Below are positions 51,140 through 60,341 of a stretch of DNA of 64,000 nt, one piece after another. Every line of letters begins with the position of its first letter. Positions within the stretch are counted from its first letter, which is position 1. The position numbers were made by a program, and so were the translations under genes. Under the pieces are notes generated by a model. It was not told the origin of the DNA. It did not search any database and saw only the letters and a list, made by a program, of their open reading frames with translations. Origin of the DNA: an uncultured Methanosarcinales archaeon (GTDB lineage Archaea; Nanobdellota; Nanobdellia; Woesearchaeales; CAZOXR01); assembly GCA_964566535.1 (NCBI GenBank), contig CAZMIO010000001.1:1-64000 (forward strand), in the 5' to 3' direction.

Positions 51140-51703
51140 TTAACTGTGGACTCCTGTCCAGTATCTATGTTCGAATCCTTCTGATTCCATCTTGAGTTTT
51201 TGCTTGACTAAAGCATGTAGTTGGTGGATCTCCCTGTAATAGAGCTGGTCCCACCAAATCTGCTCCATTCTTTTCTTTATGACATACTTATTATAAAAGT
51301 TTCGCAATTTTTTGAAGAAAGGTGTATTTTCCCAGCGTTTTTCCCAATCAAATGCCATGTGGCCTTTGAATTCCATCCATATTCTTCCTTTAGTCATTGT
51401 TTTTGATGTTCCATCTTTCATCTTAACTTGTACTTCATGAGCATCATAAGTATGGAAGTAGATATCTATGTTGAAAAACATGTATTGATCCTCTCTTTTT
51501 TCAGCTGACCAGATGTATTGGCGCTCAACACCGTAAGGAGAAGGAGATTTGTGTTTGTATATCTTTTCGTGGAACTTATATTTTCGCTTTCTAAAAAAAT
51601 CAACCATGCTTAAATAGAGATCTTGCATGTCCCAAACACCTTTGTATCTAATGTAAACTGCAGGAGTAGGAGTTTTTACATAATCTGATTCTTTTAGTTT
51701 CAT
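51140..51703 (-). CDS. Uncharacterised family protein, paralog 2 of 4
   Basis: YKGVWD, GRIWMEFKG, FDWEKRW, FYNKY. Confidence 0.85.
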   Translation of the reverse strand: MKLKESDYVKTPTPAVYIRYKGVWDMQDLYLSMVDFFRKRKYKFHEKIYKHKSPSPYGVERQYIWSAEKREDQYMFFNIDIYFHTYDAHEVQVKMKDGTSKTMTKGRIWMEFKGHMAFDWEKRWENTPFFKKLRNFYNKYVIKKRMEQIWWDQLYYREIHQLHALVKQKLKMESEGFEHRYWTGVHS

Positions 51704-52254
51704 AACCTTTGATGAACACCAGGTATATGTTGATGCTCAAAGCCCTCTGTTTGCATTTTCAAAAGTTCATTAATTTCATTATAAAGATTATATAACTCTG
51801 TTCTGAACTTAGGGGAATATAATAACATAATTTTTTTTCTTAGAATATATTTGTTGTAGAAACTTTTTAGGTGTTTATAGAAAGAATTCCTATTCCATCT
51901 GCCCTCCCAGTCAAATAAAATTACGTTTTTGAGTTCAATCCAGATTCTTCCTTTTGTGTAAGTACGTTTGGTTCCATCTTTCATGGTTATTTGGACATCA
52001 TGGGCATCATAAGTGTGGATATAAACATCGTATTGAACTTGAGTGTATTCTTTTTCTTTTCTTTCAGCTGACCAGATGTATTGGCGCTCAACTCCGTATG
52101 GACTTGGGCTTTTATGTTTGTAGATTTTTTCGTGGAATTTATATTTTCTTTTTCTAAACCAGTCTATGATATGTTCATATAACTCTTGCATATCCCATAC
52201 TCCTGTGTATCTTATCCATGTGGCTGGGGCGGGTGCAAACTTTTCAAAGGGCAT
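51700..52254 (-). CDS. Uncharacterised family protein, paralog 1 of 4
   Basis: YTGVWD, GRIWIE, FDWEGRW, FYNKY. Confidence 0.85.
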   Translation of the reverse strand: MPFEKFAPAPATWIRYTGVWDMQELYEHIIDWFRKRKYKFHEKIYKHKSPSPYGVERQYIWSAERKEKEYTQVQYDVYIHTYDAHDVQITMKDGTKRTYTKGRIWIELKNVILFDWEGRWNRNSFYKHLKSFYNKYILRKKIMLLYSPKFRTELYNLYNEINELLKMQTEGFEHQHIPGVHQRL

Positions 52255-52291
52255 AAACTAATCCTTAGAAATTATCTATATAAAGGTTTTG

Positions 52292-52444
52292 TTATTTTAG
52301 AATGTGTCCACAATCGTTACATACATGTGCTTGGTGTTTTTGTGTATAATTGGTAGTTATTCCGTAGTCTATCTTACCTTCACAGCCAGGGCACTTGGGT
52401 TCTAAGTGCTCTGCTGAATTAAAGAAGTTAAGCTCATTAATCAT
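52292..52444 (-). CDS. Small Zn-finger protein (50 aa)
   Basis: Missed by the ORF track: MINELNFF...CPGC...HVCNDCGHILK; TTTATAAA upstream. Confidence 0.8.
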   Translation of the reverse strand: MINELNFFNSAEHLEPKCPGCEGKIDYGITTNYTQKHQAHVCNDCGHILK

Positions 52445-52617
52445 TGAGTATAACTCTGGAATCTAAAGTTTATAAATATTTCGTTATATTGATAACAGAA
52501 ATTGAGAAAATTTATAAATGGTGTGTGGCTTTGGTGGTTTATGTCAAGTGAAACTGCGATAGCGGGATGTTAGTTCTCATTGTTTAGTTTATATAGGTTT
52601 TTATAGGTTTTCTCAAA

Positions 52618-53667
52618 ATGGAAAAACAACTATCACCATCGATGTTTATTGGAGTAGAAGGAGATGATTTAATCTCTTTTGGTTCTGGTCAGCCAGATTT
52701 GGAACCACCAAAAGAGGTCTTTGATGTACTTTCTAAGTTTAAGGTATTTAGGTATGGGTTGATACAAGGGGAGACAAAGCTTCGGGAAGCTCTTGTTAGG
52801 GAATATCCTAATGCTAAGCCTGAGAATTTTGTTATTACTAATGGTGCTTCTGAGGCGCTTGATTTAGCGCTTAGGGTTATTGATAAGGGTAAGATCTTAC
52901 TTCCTAAGCCTTATTATTATTCTTATCCTCATCTTGTTAAGTTTGCAGGACACACTCCTGTTTATACTGATTTAGTTAAAGGAAGGATTGATATTGAGGA
53001 TTTTGAGAATAAGGTTCATGACTGTAAGGCTGTTTTTATTAATTCTCCTTCAAATCCTACTGGAAGGATAGAGTCTATCAAAACTTTGAAAGAGATTGAG
53101 AAGATTACAAGAGATTTGAATGTTTATGTTCTTTCTGATGAAGTTTACAAGGATCTAATCTATGAGAGGGAGAATTATTTGATTTCAGGTGATCATGTTA
53201 TTACTGTTAATTCATTTTCGAAGACTTATGCCATGTGTGGGTTAAGGGTCGGATATCTTTGGAGTTCTGATGTTGATTTTGTTGGGAAAGTAATTGAGTA
53301 TAAGACACATACTTCGATGAATACGAATATTTTGGGTCAGGAAATGGCATATGCTGCTTTGAATGTTGATGCTTCTTATATTAAGAAGCAGTTGAAGATA
53401 TGGGAAGAAAGACGGGATATTATATGTTCCGGGTTAGAAGAGTTAGGTTTTGATTTGTGGAAGCCTGAAGGGGCGTTTTATGTTTTTCCTAAGGTTCCTG
53501 AGCCTCGTAAAATGATGCTTGAATTGTTTGAGAAGTATAAAGTTATAACTTATCTAGGTGATTGGTTTGGGGATAATGAGCGTATAAGGTTGAGTTATGC
53601 TATAGATAAGGAGAAAATTCTTGAAGGTTTGAAGAGAATTGGGAAGTATTTAGTGCAGAACAACTAA
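52618..53667 (+). CDS. Class I/II PLP-dependent aminotransferase
   Basis: NSPSNPTG, SDEVY, SFSKTYAMCGLRVG. Confidence 0.93.
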   Translation: MEKQLSPSMFIGVEGDDLISFGSGQPDLEPPKEVFDVLSKFKVFRYGLIQGETKLREALVREYPNAKPENFVITNGASEALDLALRVIDKGKILLPKPYYYSYPHLVKFAGHTPVYTDLVKGRIDIEDFENKVHDCKAVFINSPSNPTGRIESIKTLKEIEKITRDLNVYVLSDEVYKDLIYERENYLISGDHVITVNSFSKTYAMCGLRVGYLWSSDVDFVGKVIEYKTHTSMNTNILGQEMAYAALNVDASYIKKQLKIWEERRDIICSGLEELGFDLWKPEGAFYVFPKVPEPRKMMLELFEKYKVITYLGDWFGDNERIRLSYAIDKEKILEGLKRIGKYLVQNN

Positions 53668-53698
53668 AAATATAAATTTGAAGGCTTTTTTCTTTTTT

Positions 53699-55768
53699 AT
53701 GCTACTAAAATCACTAAAATTGAACAATATTAGGTCTTATGTTAACCAGGTTATTGATTTTCCTACTGGTTCATTGCTGTTATCTGGTGATATTGGTTGT
53801 GGTAAGTCTAGTATTTTATTAGCTATTGAGTTTGTGTTGTTTGGTTCTCGTAGGAAGCATTTGTCTGGGAGTTCTTTATTGAGGCATGGTGCTAAGCAAG
53901 GTGAAGTTGAGTTGGCATTTGAGGTTGATGGGAAGGAGATTATTATTAAGCGGGTTTTGAAGCGAGGGAAGAAGGATGTTTCTCAGGAGACTGGGTTTAT
54001 TGTTATTAATGGGGTTAAGAAGGAAGCTACTGCTATTGAGCTTAAGTCTATAATATTTGATCTTATGGGTTATCCGTCTGATTTGGTTACTAAGTCTCGT
54101 GATTTGATCTATCGCTATACTGTTTATACTGCTCAGGAAGATATGAAGCAGATATTGTTAGAGGATAAGGATCTTCGTTTGGACACTTTACGAAAGGCAT
54201 TTAATATTGATAAGTACAAGAAGATTAAGGAGAATTCTTTGATTTTTGTTCGTGAGTTGAAGGAGAAGCGGAAGGAAGGGGAGGGGAAGATTTCTGACTT
54301 GGAGGAGAAGAAGAAAGGGATTGAGTTGAAAAATGAAGAAATCACTAAATTAGAAAAAAATTCATTGGAAATAAAACCTAAGTTGGATAAGAGTAAAGAT
54401 GAGTTGAAATTAAAGAAAGAAAATTTGTTGAAAATTGAAGAAGAAATTAAAAATTTCAATGAATTAAAAAAAGAATTAGAATTAAATGAACTTAAATTAA
54501 AAAATATTCTTGAACAACGAAAATCCAATAAAGAAAATATTGAAAGGTTTGAGGAACAGATTAAAGAGCTTGAGAAAGATACTGGGATTAAGGATGAGGT
54601 TGATGTTGAGGGGATTTTAGGGAATATTGGGGAGAAGGAGAAGCAGATAACTTTAATGGAGACTACGATAAAGGAGATTTCTGTGAAGGTGCATGAGTTT
54701 ATGGCGCGGAAGAAATATTCTGGTGAGATTAAGGAGAAGATTTTGAAATTAGATGAATGTCCTACTTGTGAGCAGAATGTTGATGGTTCTTATAAGGAGA
54801 AGGTTGTTTTGCGAGAGGATGGGAAACTAAAAGAGCTTGAGGAGAACTTGAAAACCCATGATGGGCAGCACAAGGAAGCTGAGAGTAAGATATTGTTGTT
54901 GAGGAAAGAACGTGATGAACTTAGGAAGAAGGAGAATGAGGTTAAGTTGATTAAGTTGAAACTGAAGAATCTTGCGGAGAAGGTTAAGGAGAAGGAGGAT
55001 CTATTGTTGTTGCAGGATAAGATAAAGAAAGAGGTTGGCGGAATAAATGTTAAGAAAAGTGAACTTAATGGAAAGATTGAGTTGTTGAAGGATGTTGAGG
55101 GGGAGTTTGTTAGGTTGAGGAAAGAGGTTGATGATGGGATGGTGGAGGAGAGGAAGTTAGAGTTAGAGTTTAATTCTGTTGCTAAGGAGAAGGAGACTAT
55201 TTTGAAGATTGTTGAGATGTTAGGGGCGGAGATTAAGGAGAAGGAAGATGTAAAGAAAGGTCTCGTTTATTTATCTCAGATGCAGAATTGGTTGGAAGAA
55301 CATTTTGTTAATTTAATGGGGACTATTGAGAAGCATGTTATGCTTAGTATCTATCATGAATTTAATGAACACTTTCAGCAGTGGTTTAATATTTTGATTG
55401 AGGATGAAGGGATAAATGTGAAGTTGGATGAGGAGTTTACTCCTTTTATTGAGCAGAATGGTTATGAAACTTCTATTGCTAATCTGTCTGGTGGTGAACG
55501 GACTTCGGTTGCACTTGCTTATAGGTTGGCTTTGAATAAGGTCATTAATGACATTATAGGAGATATAAAAACAAAAGATATATTAATTTTAGATGAACCT
55601 ACAGATGGATTTAGTACTGAGCAACTTGACAAGGTTAGAGATGTGCTTGATGAGTTGAATTTGAAGCAGACGATTATTGTTTCGCATGAGTCAAAAATAG
55701 AAGGGTTTGTTGATAATGTGATTAGGGTTAGTAAAGAAGAGCATGTAAGTAATATTATGGGGCCTTAG
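53699..55768 (+). CDS. rad50: Rad50/SbcC-like SMC ATPase
   Basis: GDIGCGKSS, CPTC zinc hook, LSGGE, LDEPT. Confidence 0.88.
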   Translation: MLLKSLKLNNIRSYVNQVIDFPTGSLLLSGDIGCGKSSILLAIEFVLFGSRRKHLSGSSLLRHGAKQGEVELAFEVDGKEIIIKRVLKRGKKDVSQETGFIVINGVKKEATAIELKSIIFDLMGYPSDLVTKSRDLIYRYTVYTAQEDMKQILLEDKDLRLDTLRKAFNIDKYKKIKENSLIFVRELKEKRKEGEGKISDLEEKKKGIELKNEEITKLEKNSLEIKPKLDKSKDELKLKKENLLKIEEEIKNFNELKKELELNELKLKNILEQRKSNKENIERFEEQIKELEKDTGIKDEVDVEGILGNIGEKEKQITLMETTIKEISVKVHEFMARKKYSGEIKEKILKLDECPTCEQNVDGSYKEKVVLREDGKLKELEENLKTHDGQHKEAESKILLLRKERDELRKKENEVKLIKLKLKNLAEKVKEKEDLLLLQDKIKKEVGGINVKKSELNGKIELLKDVEGEFVRLRKEVDDGMVEERKLELEFNSVAKEKETILKIVEMLGAEIKEKEDVKKGLVYLSQMQNWLEEHFVNLMGTIEKHVMLSIYHEFNEHFQQWFNILIEDEGINVKLDEEFTPFIEQNGYETSIANLSGGERTSVALAYRLALNKVINDIIGDIKTKDILILDEPTDGFSTEQLDKVRDVLDELNLKQTIIVSHESKIEGFVDNVIRVSKEEHVSNIMGP

Positions 55769-55785
55769 TGTAGCTTGGACTATCA
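55759..55785 (+). pseudogene. Orphan tRNA 5' fragment (Pro/Trp-like, positions 1-24)
   Basis: GGGGCCT-TA-GTGT-AGCTTGGACTA-TCA; shares GGGGC and TAGCTTGG with the tRNA at 56641. Confidence 0.75.
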
Positions 55786-55798
55786 AAAAATTTATAAA
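55786..55798 (+). promoter_or_regulatory. BRE-TATA promoter of the endonuclease gene
   Basis: AAAAATTTATAAA; TATA begins 32 nt before the ATG at 55823. Confidence 0.65.
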
Positions 55799-55822
55799 TT
55801 TGATCTCCAAAATTGAAATTGT

Positions 55823-56650
55823 ATGAGATACAAAATTAATTTTTTAATAAGGAAACTACTAATGCAACATTATAAAAAGCTATTGAATACACCAATTAAA
55901 ACTAATTTAAAGAACCTGATATATGCAAACAAATCGATTTCTGAAAGTCAATTGGATTTATTAGTTAAAATTAGTAAAACTTCTAAAAAGGTATTGAAAC
56001 TAACAGAGATAGAATTCCATCCAGAAAGAAATTTTGGAAAATATATTAGGCCTATTAAAATCCAATTTGAGGGAAAGGTCCCAGATCTTGCAGAATTTAT
56101 TGGTATAATGCTTGGCGATGGAAATATTTATAGAAATGCTATAAGAATAACCATAAGCAGTGAAGAACAGGAGTATAAAAAATATATAGAAAAACTATTT
56201 AAGAAATTATTTGGAATAGAACCCAAAGTGTATCATAGCAAAGTATCTAAGTCACTATCCATATATGTATATAGTAAAAAACTAAGAATACTTCTTGAAC
56301 AACACGGTTTGGGTCAAGGCAATAAAGTTAGGAGGAATGTTCGAGTACCTAAATGGATTAAGACCAACAAAATTTTCTCAAGGAATTGTATAAGGGGGAT
56401 GATTGATACAGATGGTTGTGCGCACTACCATAAACGGGATAAACAACTATATGTTTCTTTTCACAATAGGGCATCTAATCTACTTAGAGACGTACAAAAA
56501 ATGGCAAAGTATTTTAACCTAAAATTTATCCTAAATACTCAATATAGCATTACCTTGTATAAAAAGGATGAAGTTAGAAGATATATTAAACAGATAGGCT
56601 TTTCAAATGAAAGGCACCTATCTAAAGCAAAAAAGTATTTGGGGCTGTGA
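55823..56650 (+). CDS. Free-standing double-motif LAGLIDADG homing endonuclease
   Basis: LAEFIGIMLGDG and CIRGMIDTDG; no intein splice residues; stop codon lies inside tRNA-Pro. Confidence 0.9.
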   Translation: MRYKINFLIRKLLMQHYKKLLNTPIKTNLKNLIYANKSISESQLDLLVKISKTSKKVLKLTEIEFHPERNFGKYIRPIKIQFEGKVPDLAEFIGIMLGDGNIYRNAIRITISSEEQEYKKYIEKLFKKLFGIEPKVYHSKVSKSLSIYVYSKKLRILLEQHGLGQGNKVRRNVRVPKWIKTNKIFSRNCIRGMIDTDGCAHYHKRDKQLYVSFHNRASNLLRDVQKMAKYFNLKFILNTQYSITLYKKDEVRRYIKQIGFSNERHLSKAKKYLGL

Positions 56651-56759
56651 TCTAGCTTGGTTAAGATACTAGGTCGGGGTCGTTGAAGTAGAGCTGCCAC
56701 ATAGCTCTAATAATGAGATGGACACCTAGTTATCCCCAGTTCAAATCTGGGCAGCCCCA
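56641..56759 (+). tRNA. tRNA-Pro (probably GGG) with 44-nt intron (56680-56723)
   Basis: GGGGCTG/CAGCCCC, ATCT/AGAT D-stem, CTAGG/CCTAG, CCCAG-TTCAAAT-CTGGG; atypical C33. Confidence 0.8.
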
Positions 56760-56808
56760 CTTTTTATTTTTCGATATGTTTATTAATGATTTATTCGTTC
56801 TTTGGGTC

Positions 56809-57063
56809 ATGGATTTTATACTTATAATTGGTTTAGCAGCTGCAACATTGACAACATCTGCTTTTTTCCCGCAGGCTGTTAGGATTTGGAAGTTGAAGGA
56901 AGCTAAGGATATTTCTTTGATTACTTTTATTGTTCTTTCTTTAGGTGTTTTTCTGTGGTTGGTGTATGGAATTCTTAAAAGTGATATTGCGATTATACTT
57001 GCGAATGCTGTTACTTTAGTTCTTGCTTTGACAATCCTTTATTTTAAGGTTAAGTATAAGTAA
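56809..57063 (+). CDS. SemiSWEET/PQ-loop transporter
   Basis: TTSAFFPQ, KDIS, LWLVYG, ILAN; start set downstream of the tRNA. Confidence 0.92.
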   Translation: MDFILIIGLAAATLTTSAFFPQAVRIWKLKEAKDISLITFIVLSLGVFLWLVYGILKSDIAIILANAVTLVLALTILYFKVKYK

Positions 57064-57104
57064 TTAACAAAATAATTATAAACAAAAGGTTTATTCTATA
57101 GGTT

Positions 57105-58304
57105 ATGCAAATAGGAGTTGTTGGAAAACCGAACGTTGGAAAATCTACGCTGTTTAAAGCACTGACTTTAGCAGATGTATATATAGCGAATTATCCGTTT
57201 GCAACGATAAAACCTAATTCTGGTGTTGGTTATGTTAAGGTTGATTGTGCTGACCAATTCTTTAAGGTTAAATGTGATCCTAGGGTTGGGTTTTGTGTTG
57301 ATAATAAGAGGTTTGTCCCAATTGAAGTTATTGATGTTGCAGGATTAGTTCCTGGAGCTCACGAAGGAAAAGGAATGGGGAATCAGTTTCTTGATGATTT
57401 GAATCAGGCGGATGCTTTAATTCATGTTATAGATGTTTCAGGAAGTACTGATGAAGGTGGAAAGCCAGTTGATGCTGGCAGTTATGATCCTGCGAATGAT
57501 ATTAAGTTTTTAGAAGAGGAGTTAGACCATTGGTACCATAGGATAATCAAGAAAGGATGGGATAAGTTTGCTCGTGAAGTTCAGCAGACACATCAAAAGA
57601 TACAGGTTGCGTTGACTAAGCAGCTGTCTGGTGTTGGTGTTAGTGAAGAGATAGTTATTGAGGCTGTAAAGAAAGTTGGACTTGATCCTGAGAAAGTTAT
57701 TGATTGGAAGGAAGAGGATCTGATGAAGCTTTCTTCTGAGTTTAGGAAGATTACAAAACCGATGGTCATAGCATGCAATAAGATTGATGTTTCTACAGGT
57801 AAGGATAATTTTGAGAGATTGAAGGAAGAGTTTCCTGACTATAAGTTGGTTGCTTGTAGTGCTGAATCTGAACTTGCTTTGAAAGAGGCTCAAAAGACAG
57901 AGCTCGTTAAGTATATTCCTGGTGAGGCGGCGTTTGAGATAAGGGATGAACAGAATCTTAGCGATAAACAGAAGGGCGCTTTAGGATTTATTAAGGAGAA
58001 TATTTTAGATAAGTTTGGTTCGACTGGTGCTCAGGATGTTATTGATACTGCTGTTTTTGAAGTTTTAGGATTAATGCCCATATTTCCTGGTGGAGTTAGT
58101 AAGCTTGCTGATCAGGATGGTAATGTACTTCCTGATTGTTTTTTGCTTGATGAGGGTTCTACTGCGCTAGATTTTGCATTTAAGATACACTCTGATTTGG
58201 GTGAGAGTTTTATTAGAGCTGTAGATGTGAAGACGAAGAGAACTGTTGGTAAGGATCATGTCTTGAAGAGTGGAGATGTGGTTGAGATTATTGCTGATAA
58301 ATAG
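57105..58304 (+). CDS. Obg-family YchF/Ygr210-like NTPase with TGS domain
   Basis: GKPNVGKST, ANYPFAT, DVAGLV, NKID. Confidence 0.93.
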   Translation: MQIGVVGKPNVGKSTLFKALTLADVYIANYPFATIKPNSGVGYVKVDCADQFFKVKCDPRVGFCVDNKRFVPIEVIDVAGLVPGAHEGKGMGNQFLDDLNQADALIHVIDVSGSTDEGGKPVDAGSYDPANDIKFLEEELDHWYHRIIKKGWDKFAREVQQTHQKIQVALTKQLSGVGVSEEIVIEAVKKVGLDPEKVIDWKEEDLMKLSSEFRKITKPMVIACNKIDVSTGKDNFERLKEEFPDYKLVACSAESELALKEAQKTELVKYIPGEAAFEIRDEQNLSDKQKGALGFIKENILDKFGSTGAQDVIDTAVFEVLGLMPIFPGGVSKLADQDGNVLPDCFLLDEGSTALDFAFKIHSDLGESFIRAVDVKTKRTVGKDHVLKSGDVVEIIADK

Positions 58305-58742
58305 TTAGTATCTAAGAAAATCGTTATTTGCTGCGCCATTACCTTCATATTCAAATTCTTTAGTTAGCTTTACTCCAATTGCCTTTATGTGGGAGAAAGG
58401 TATTTTTTCTCCAGTAACTGGATCTGGAATTTCTTCACTTTGCTCAACTATTTGTACTAATACATCATATCTTGCATCTTCTTCTCCTACTCCATTTACC
58501 TCAGAAATTTTATTAATAATCGATGCTGCTACGTCTATTGGAGATGTATCATTGATGGGTATTGGTCTTCTTGTAACTGGGTCATAAGGGACAACTAAGC
58601 TACTTACTAGTATTTCAGTTGTTCTAATGTTATCCCAGACTTCGTCTTCAGATACATCATAAGTCTCTGCTAGGTCTCTAACGTAGTCTAATAATGTATC
58701 TTCTTCCTGAACACCAAAACCGTATTTAACTGTTTTTTCCAT
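58305..58742 (-). CDS. Acidic orphan protein with internal repeat
   Basis: YDPVTRRPIP and PDPVTGEKIP. Confidence 0.7.
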   Translation of the reverse strand: MEKTVKYGFGVQEEDTLLDYVRDLAETYDVSEDEVWDNIRTTEILVSSLVVPYDPVTRRPIPINDTSPIDVAASIINKISEVNGVGEEDARYDVLVQIVEQSEEIPDPVTGEKIPFSHIKAIGVKLTKEFEYEGNGAANNDFLRY

Positions 58743-58838
58743 TTTGTTTTGGGGAATTATTAATTATTTAAAAATGTTTATGTTGTGGTTGAGATTATTT
58801 CTGATAAATAAATAGATTTTTATATTATTAATTCTAGG

Positions 58839-59231
58839 ATGTCTTATATGGCTAAAACCATTATGGTTGTTGATGATGAGGGGGATATAAGGGAGACTCT
58901 GAAGGTTGCTTTGGAGAAGCATGGTTATAAAGTGATTACTGCTGTTAATGGTGATGATTGTCTGGATCAATTGAAGTTTTTGAGTTCTAAGAAGGTTAAA
59001 GGTATTGGAAAGCCTGATTTGATTTTAATGGATATTATGATGCCTGGAACTCCAGTTAAGGAAGTTGTTCCACAGATAAAAGATATTAAGATTTCTTATT
59101 TGACTGTTGTTAGGAAGCTTAAGGCGAAAGAAGAAGGTTTACTAACTCCAAAGAATGTTGTCGGTTTTATTCACAAACCATTTGATGTTGATTTTCTTAT
59201 TGAGAAGATTGAGTATATGCTTTCTAAGTGA
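58839..59231 (+). CDS. Stand-alone response regulator receiver domain
   Basis: VVDDE, PDLILMDIMMPG, KPF. Confidence 0.92.
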   Translation: MSYMAKTIMVVDDEGDIRETLKVALEKHGYKVITAVNGDDCLDQLKFLSSKKVKGIGKPDLILMDIMMPGTPVKEVVPQIKDIKISYLTVVRKLKAKEEGLLTPKNVVGFIHKPFDVDFLIEKIEYMLSK

Positions 59232-59301
59232 GGAAAAGTATAATGGTGGGTAGATTTAATCATTAACTTTATAAACTTAAAATTAATTCTTTATACTCAA
59301 T

Positions 59302-59374
59302 AGCCCCATAGTGTAGTGGTCAAGCATCTCGGCTTTTGGTGCCGAGGACGGCAGTTCGAATCTGCCTGGGGCTA
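59302..59374 (+). tRNA. tRNA-Gln(UUG), intronless
   Basis: AGCCCCA/TGGGGCT, TCGGC-TTTTGGT-GCCGA, GGCAG-TTCGAAT-CTGCC. Confidence 0.95.
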
Positions 59375-59384
59375 TTTTATTTTC

Positions 59385-60251
59385 TTATACTTCTATATTA
59401 AAGAAGATTCTAACAAAGTACCCAATTATGAATGTGAAGAATGCTACTCCTAAGCTGATTGCGACCATCTCAAAAAATCTTTTTTTGAAGGAGACTTCTT
59501 TTGTGACTGACACATAATAGGTGAATAAGAATATGATTATTACTGCGTTGACTAATGTGAAAGCTAAGGGAAGATAGATACTGTTGAATATGAGATATGG
59601 GAAGATTAGGAAGAAGACTGTGAATATGTAGGCAATTCCAGTGTAAACTGCCGATTTAATTGGGCTTCTAGAGCCTTCTTCTGATTTTGTTGATAAGTAT
59701 TCAGAAGCAGCCATTGACAAAGATGCTGCAATCCCGGTTATTAATCCTGTTAATGCTACTAATTTGGTGTTTTGCAATGCGAATGTAAGTCCTGCTAATG
59801 CTCCTGTAAGTTCTACTAAAGCATCGTTTAATCCTAAGACGATTGAGCCTACATATCTTAACTTTTCTTCGTCAATTAAGCTGATGAGTTGTTTTTCGTG
59901 TTTTTCTTCTTCTTCTAAAATCTTTTTTGCGTTTGGGATGAATTTAGTCAGTTCTTCGTATGATAATTGTGCTTTTTCTTCGTCATTTTCCAAAAGTTTG
60001 ATGCCAAATGTTAATCCTAAGATTTTAGTTATTAAGGAGAATTTCCAGATTTGGAATTTGTCTGGAGCAATATCTCTTTTACTTATTTTTTTGAAGAAAT
60101 TATAATGCCTTAGCTCATCAATTGCAATATGATTTAGAACAACCTTGTTTTTTTTGTGTTTAACTGATTCTGAGAGTTTTTTGTAGATATAATATTCAGT
60201 TATCTCGTTTTTTTGAGCTTGCAGAACTTTCTTTAGAGTTTCTGGATTCAT
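59385..60251 (-). CDS. VIT1/CCC1 transporter with ferritin-like N-terminal domain
   Basis: E..H motifs, VLGLNDALVE, SMAASEYLS. Confidence 0.92.
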   Translation of the reverse strand: MNPETLKKVLQAQKNEITEYYIYKKLSESVKHKKNKVVLNHIAIDELRHYNFFKKISKRDIAPDKFQIWKFSLITKILGLTFGIKLLENDEEKAQLSYEELTKFIPNAKKILEEEEKHEKQLISLIDEEKLRYVGSIVLGLNDALVELTGALAGLTFALQNTKLVALTGLITGIAASLSMAASEYLSTKSEEGSRSPIKSAVYTGIAYIFTVFFLIFPYLIFNSIYLPLAFTLVNAVIIIFLFTYYVSVTKEVSFKKRFFEMVAISLGVAFFTFIIGYFVRIFFNIEV

Positions 60252-60341
60252 GATTAAGTTTTTGTTGTTAAGGTATATAAATGTTTTTTATTTTTATTGA
60301 AATACAAAGATTTTTATATGTTAGAGATTGTTTTTGGTTTA

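Noticed and set aside
55823..56650. Intein-derived LAGLIDADG domain
   Set aside because: No N-terminal Cys/Ser block, no C-terminal HN, and no host extein.
55786..56666. Endonuclease ORF as a giant intron of a single tRNA
   Set aside because: The upstream fragment's acceptor strand GGGGCCT mismatches CAGCCCC at two positions, no BHB is visible, and the downstream tRNA has its own complete 5' end.
56713..56808. N-terminal extension of the SemiSWEET ORF in the track
   Set aside because: It overlaps tRNA-Pro; the family domain starts at ATG 56809.
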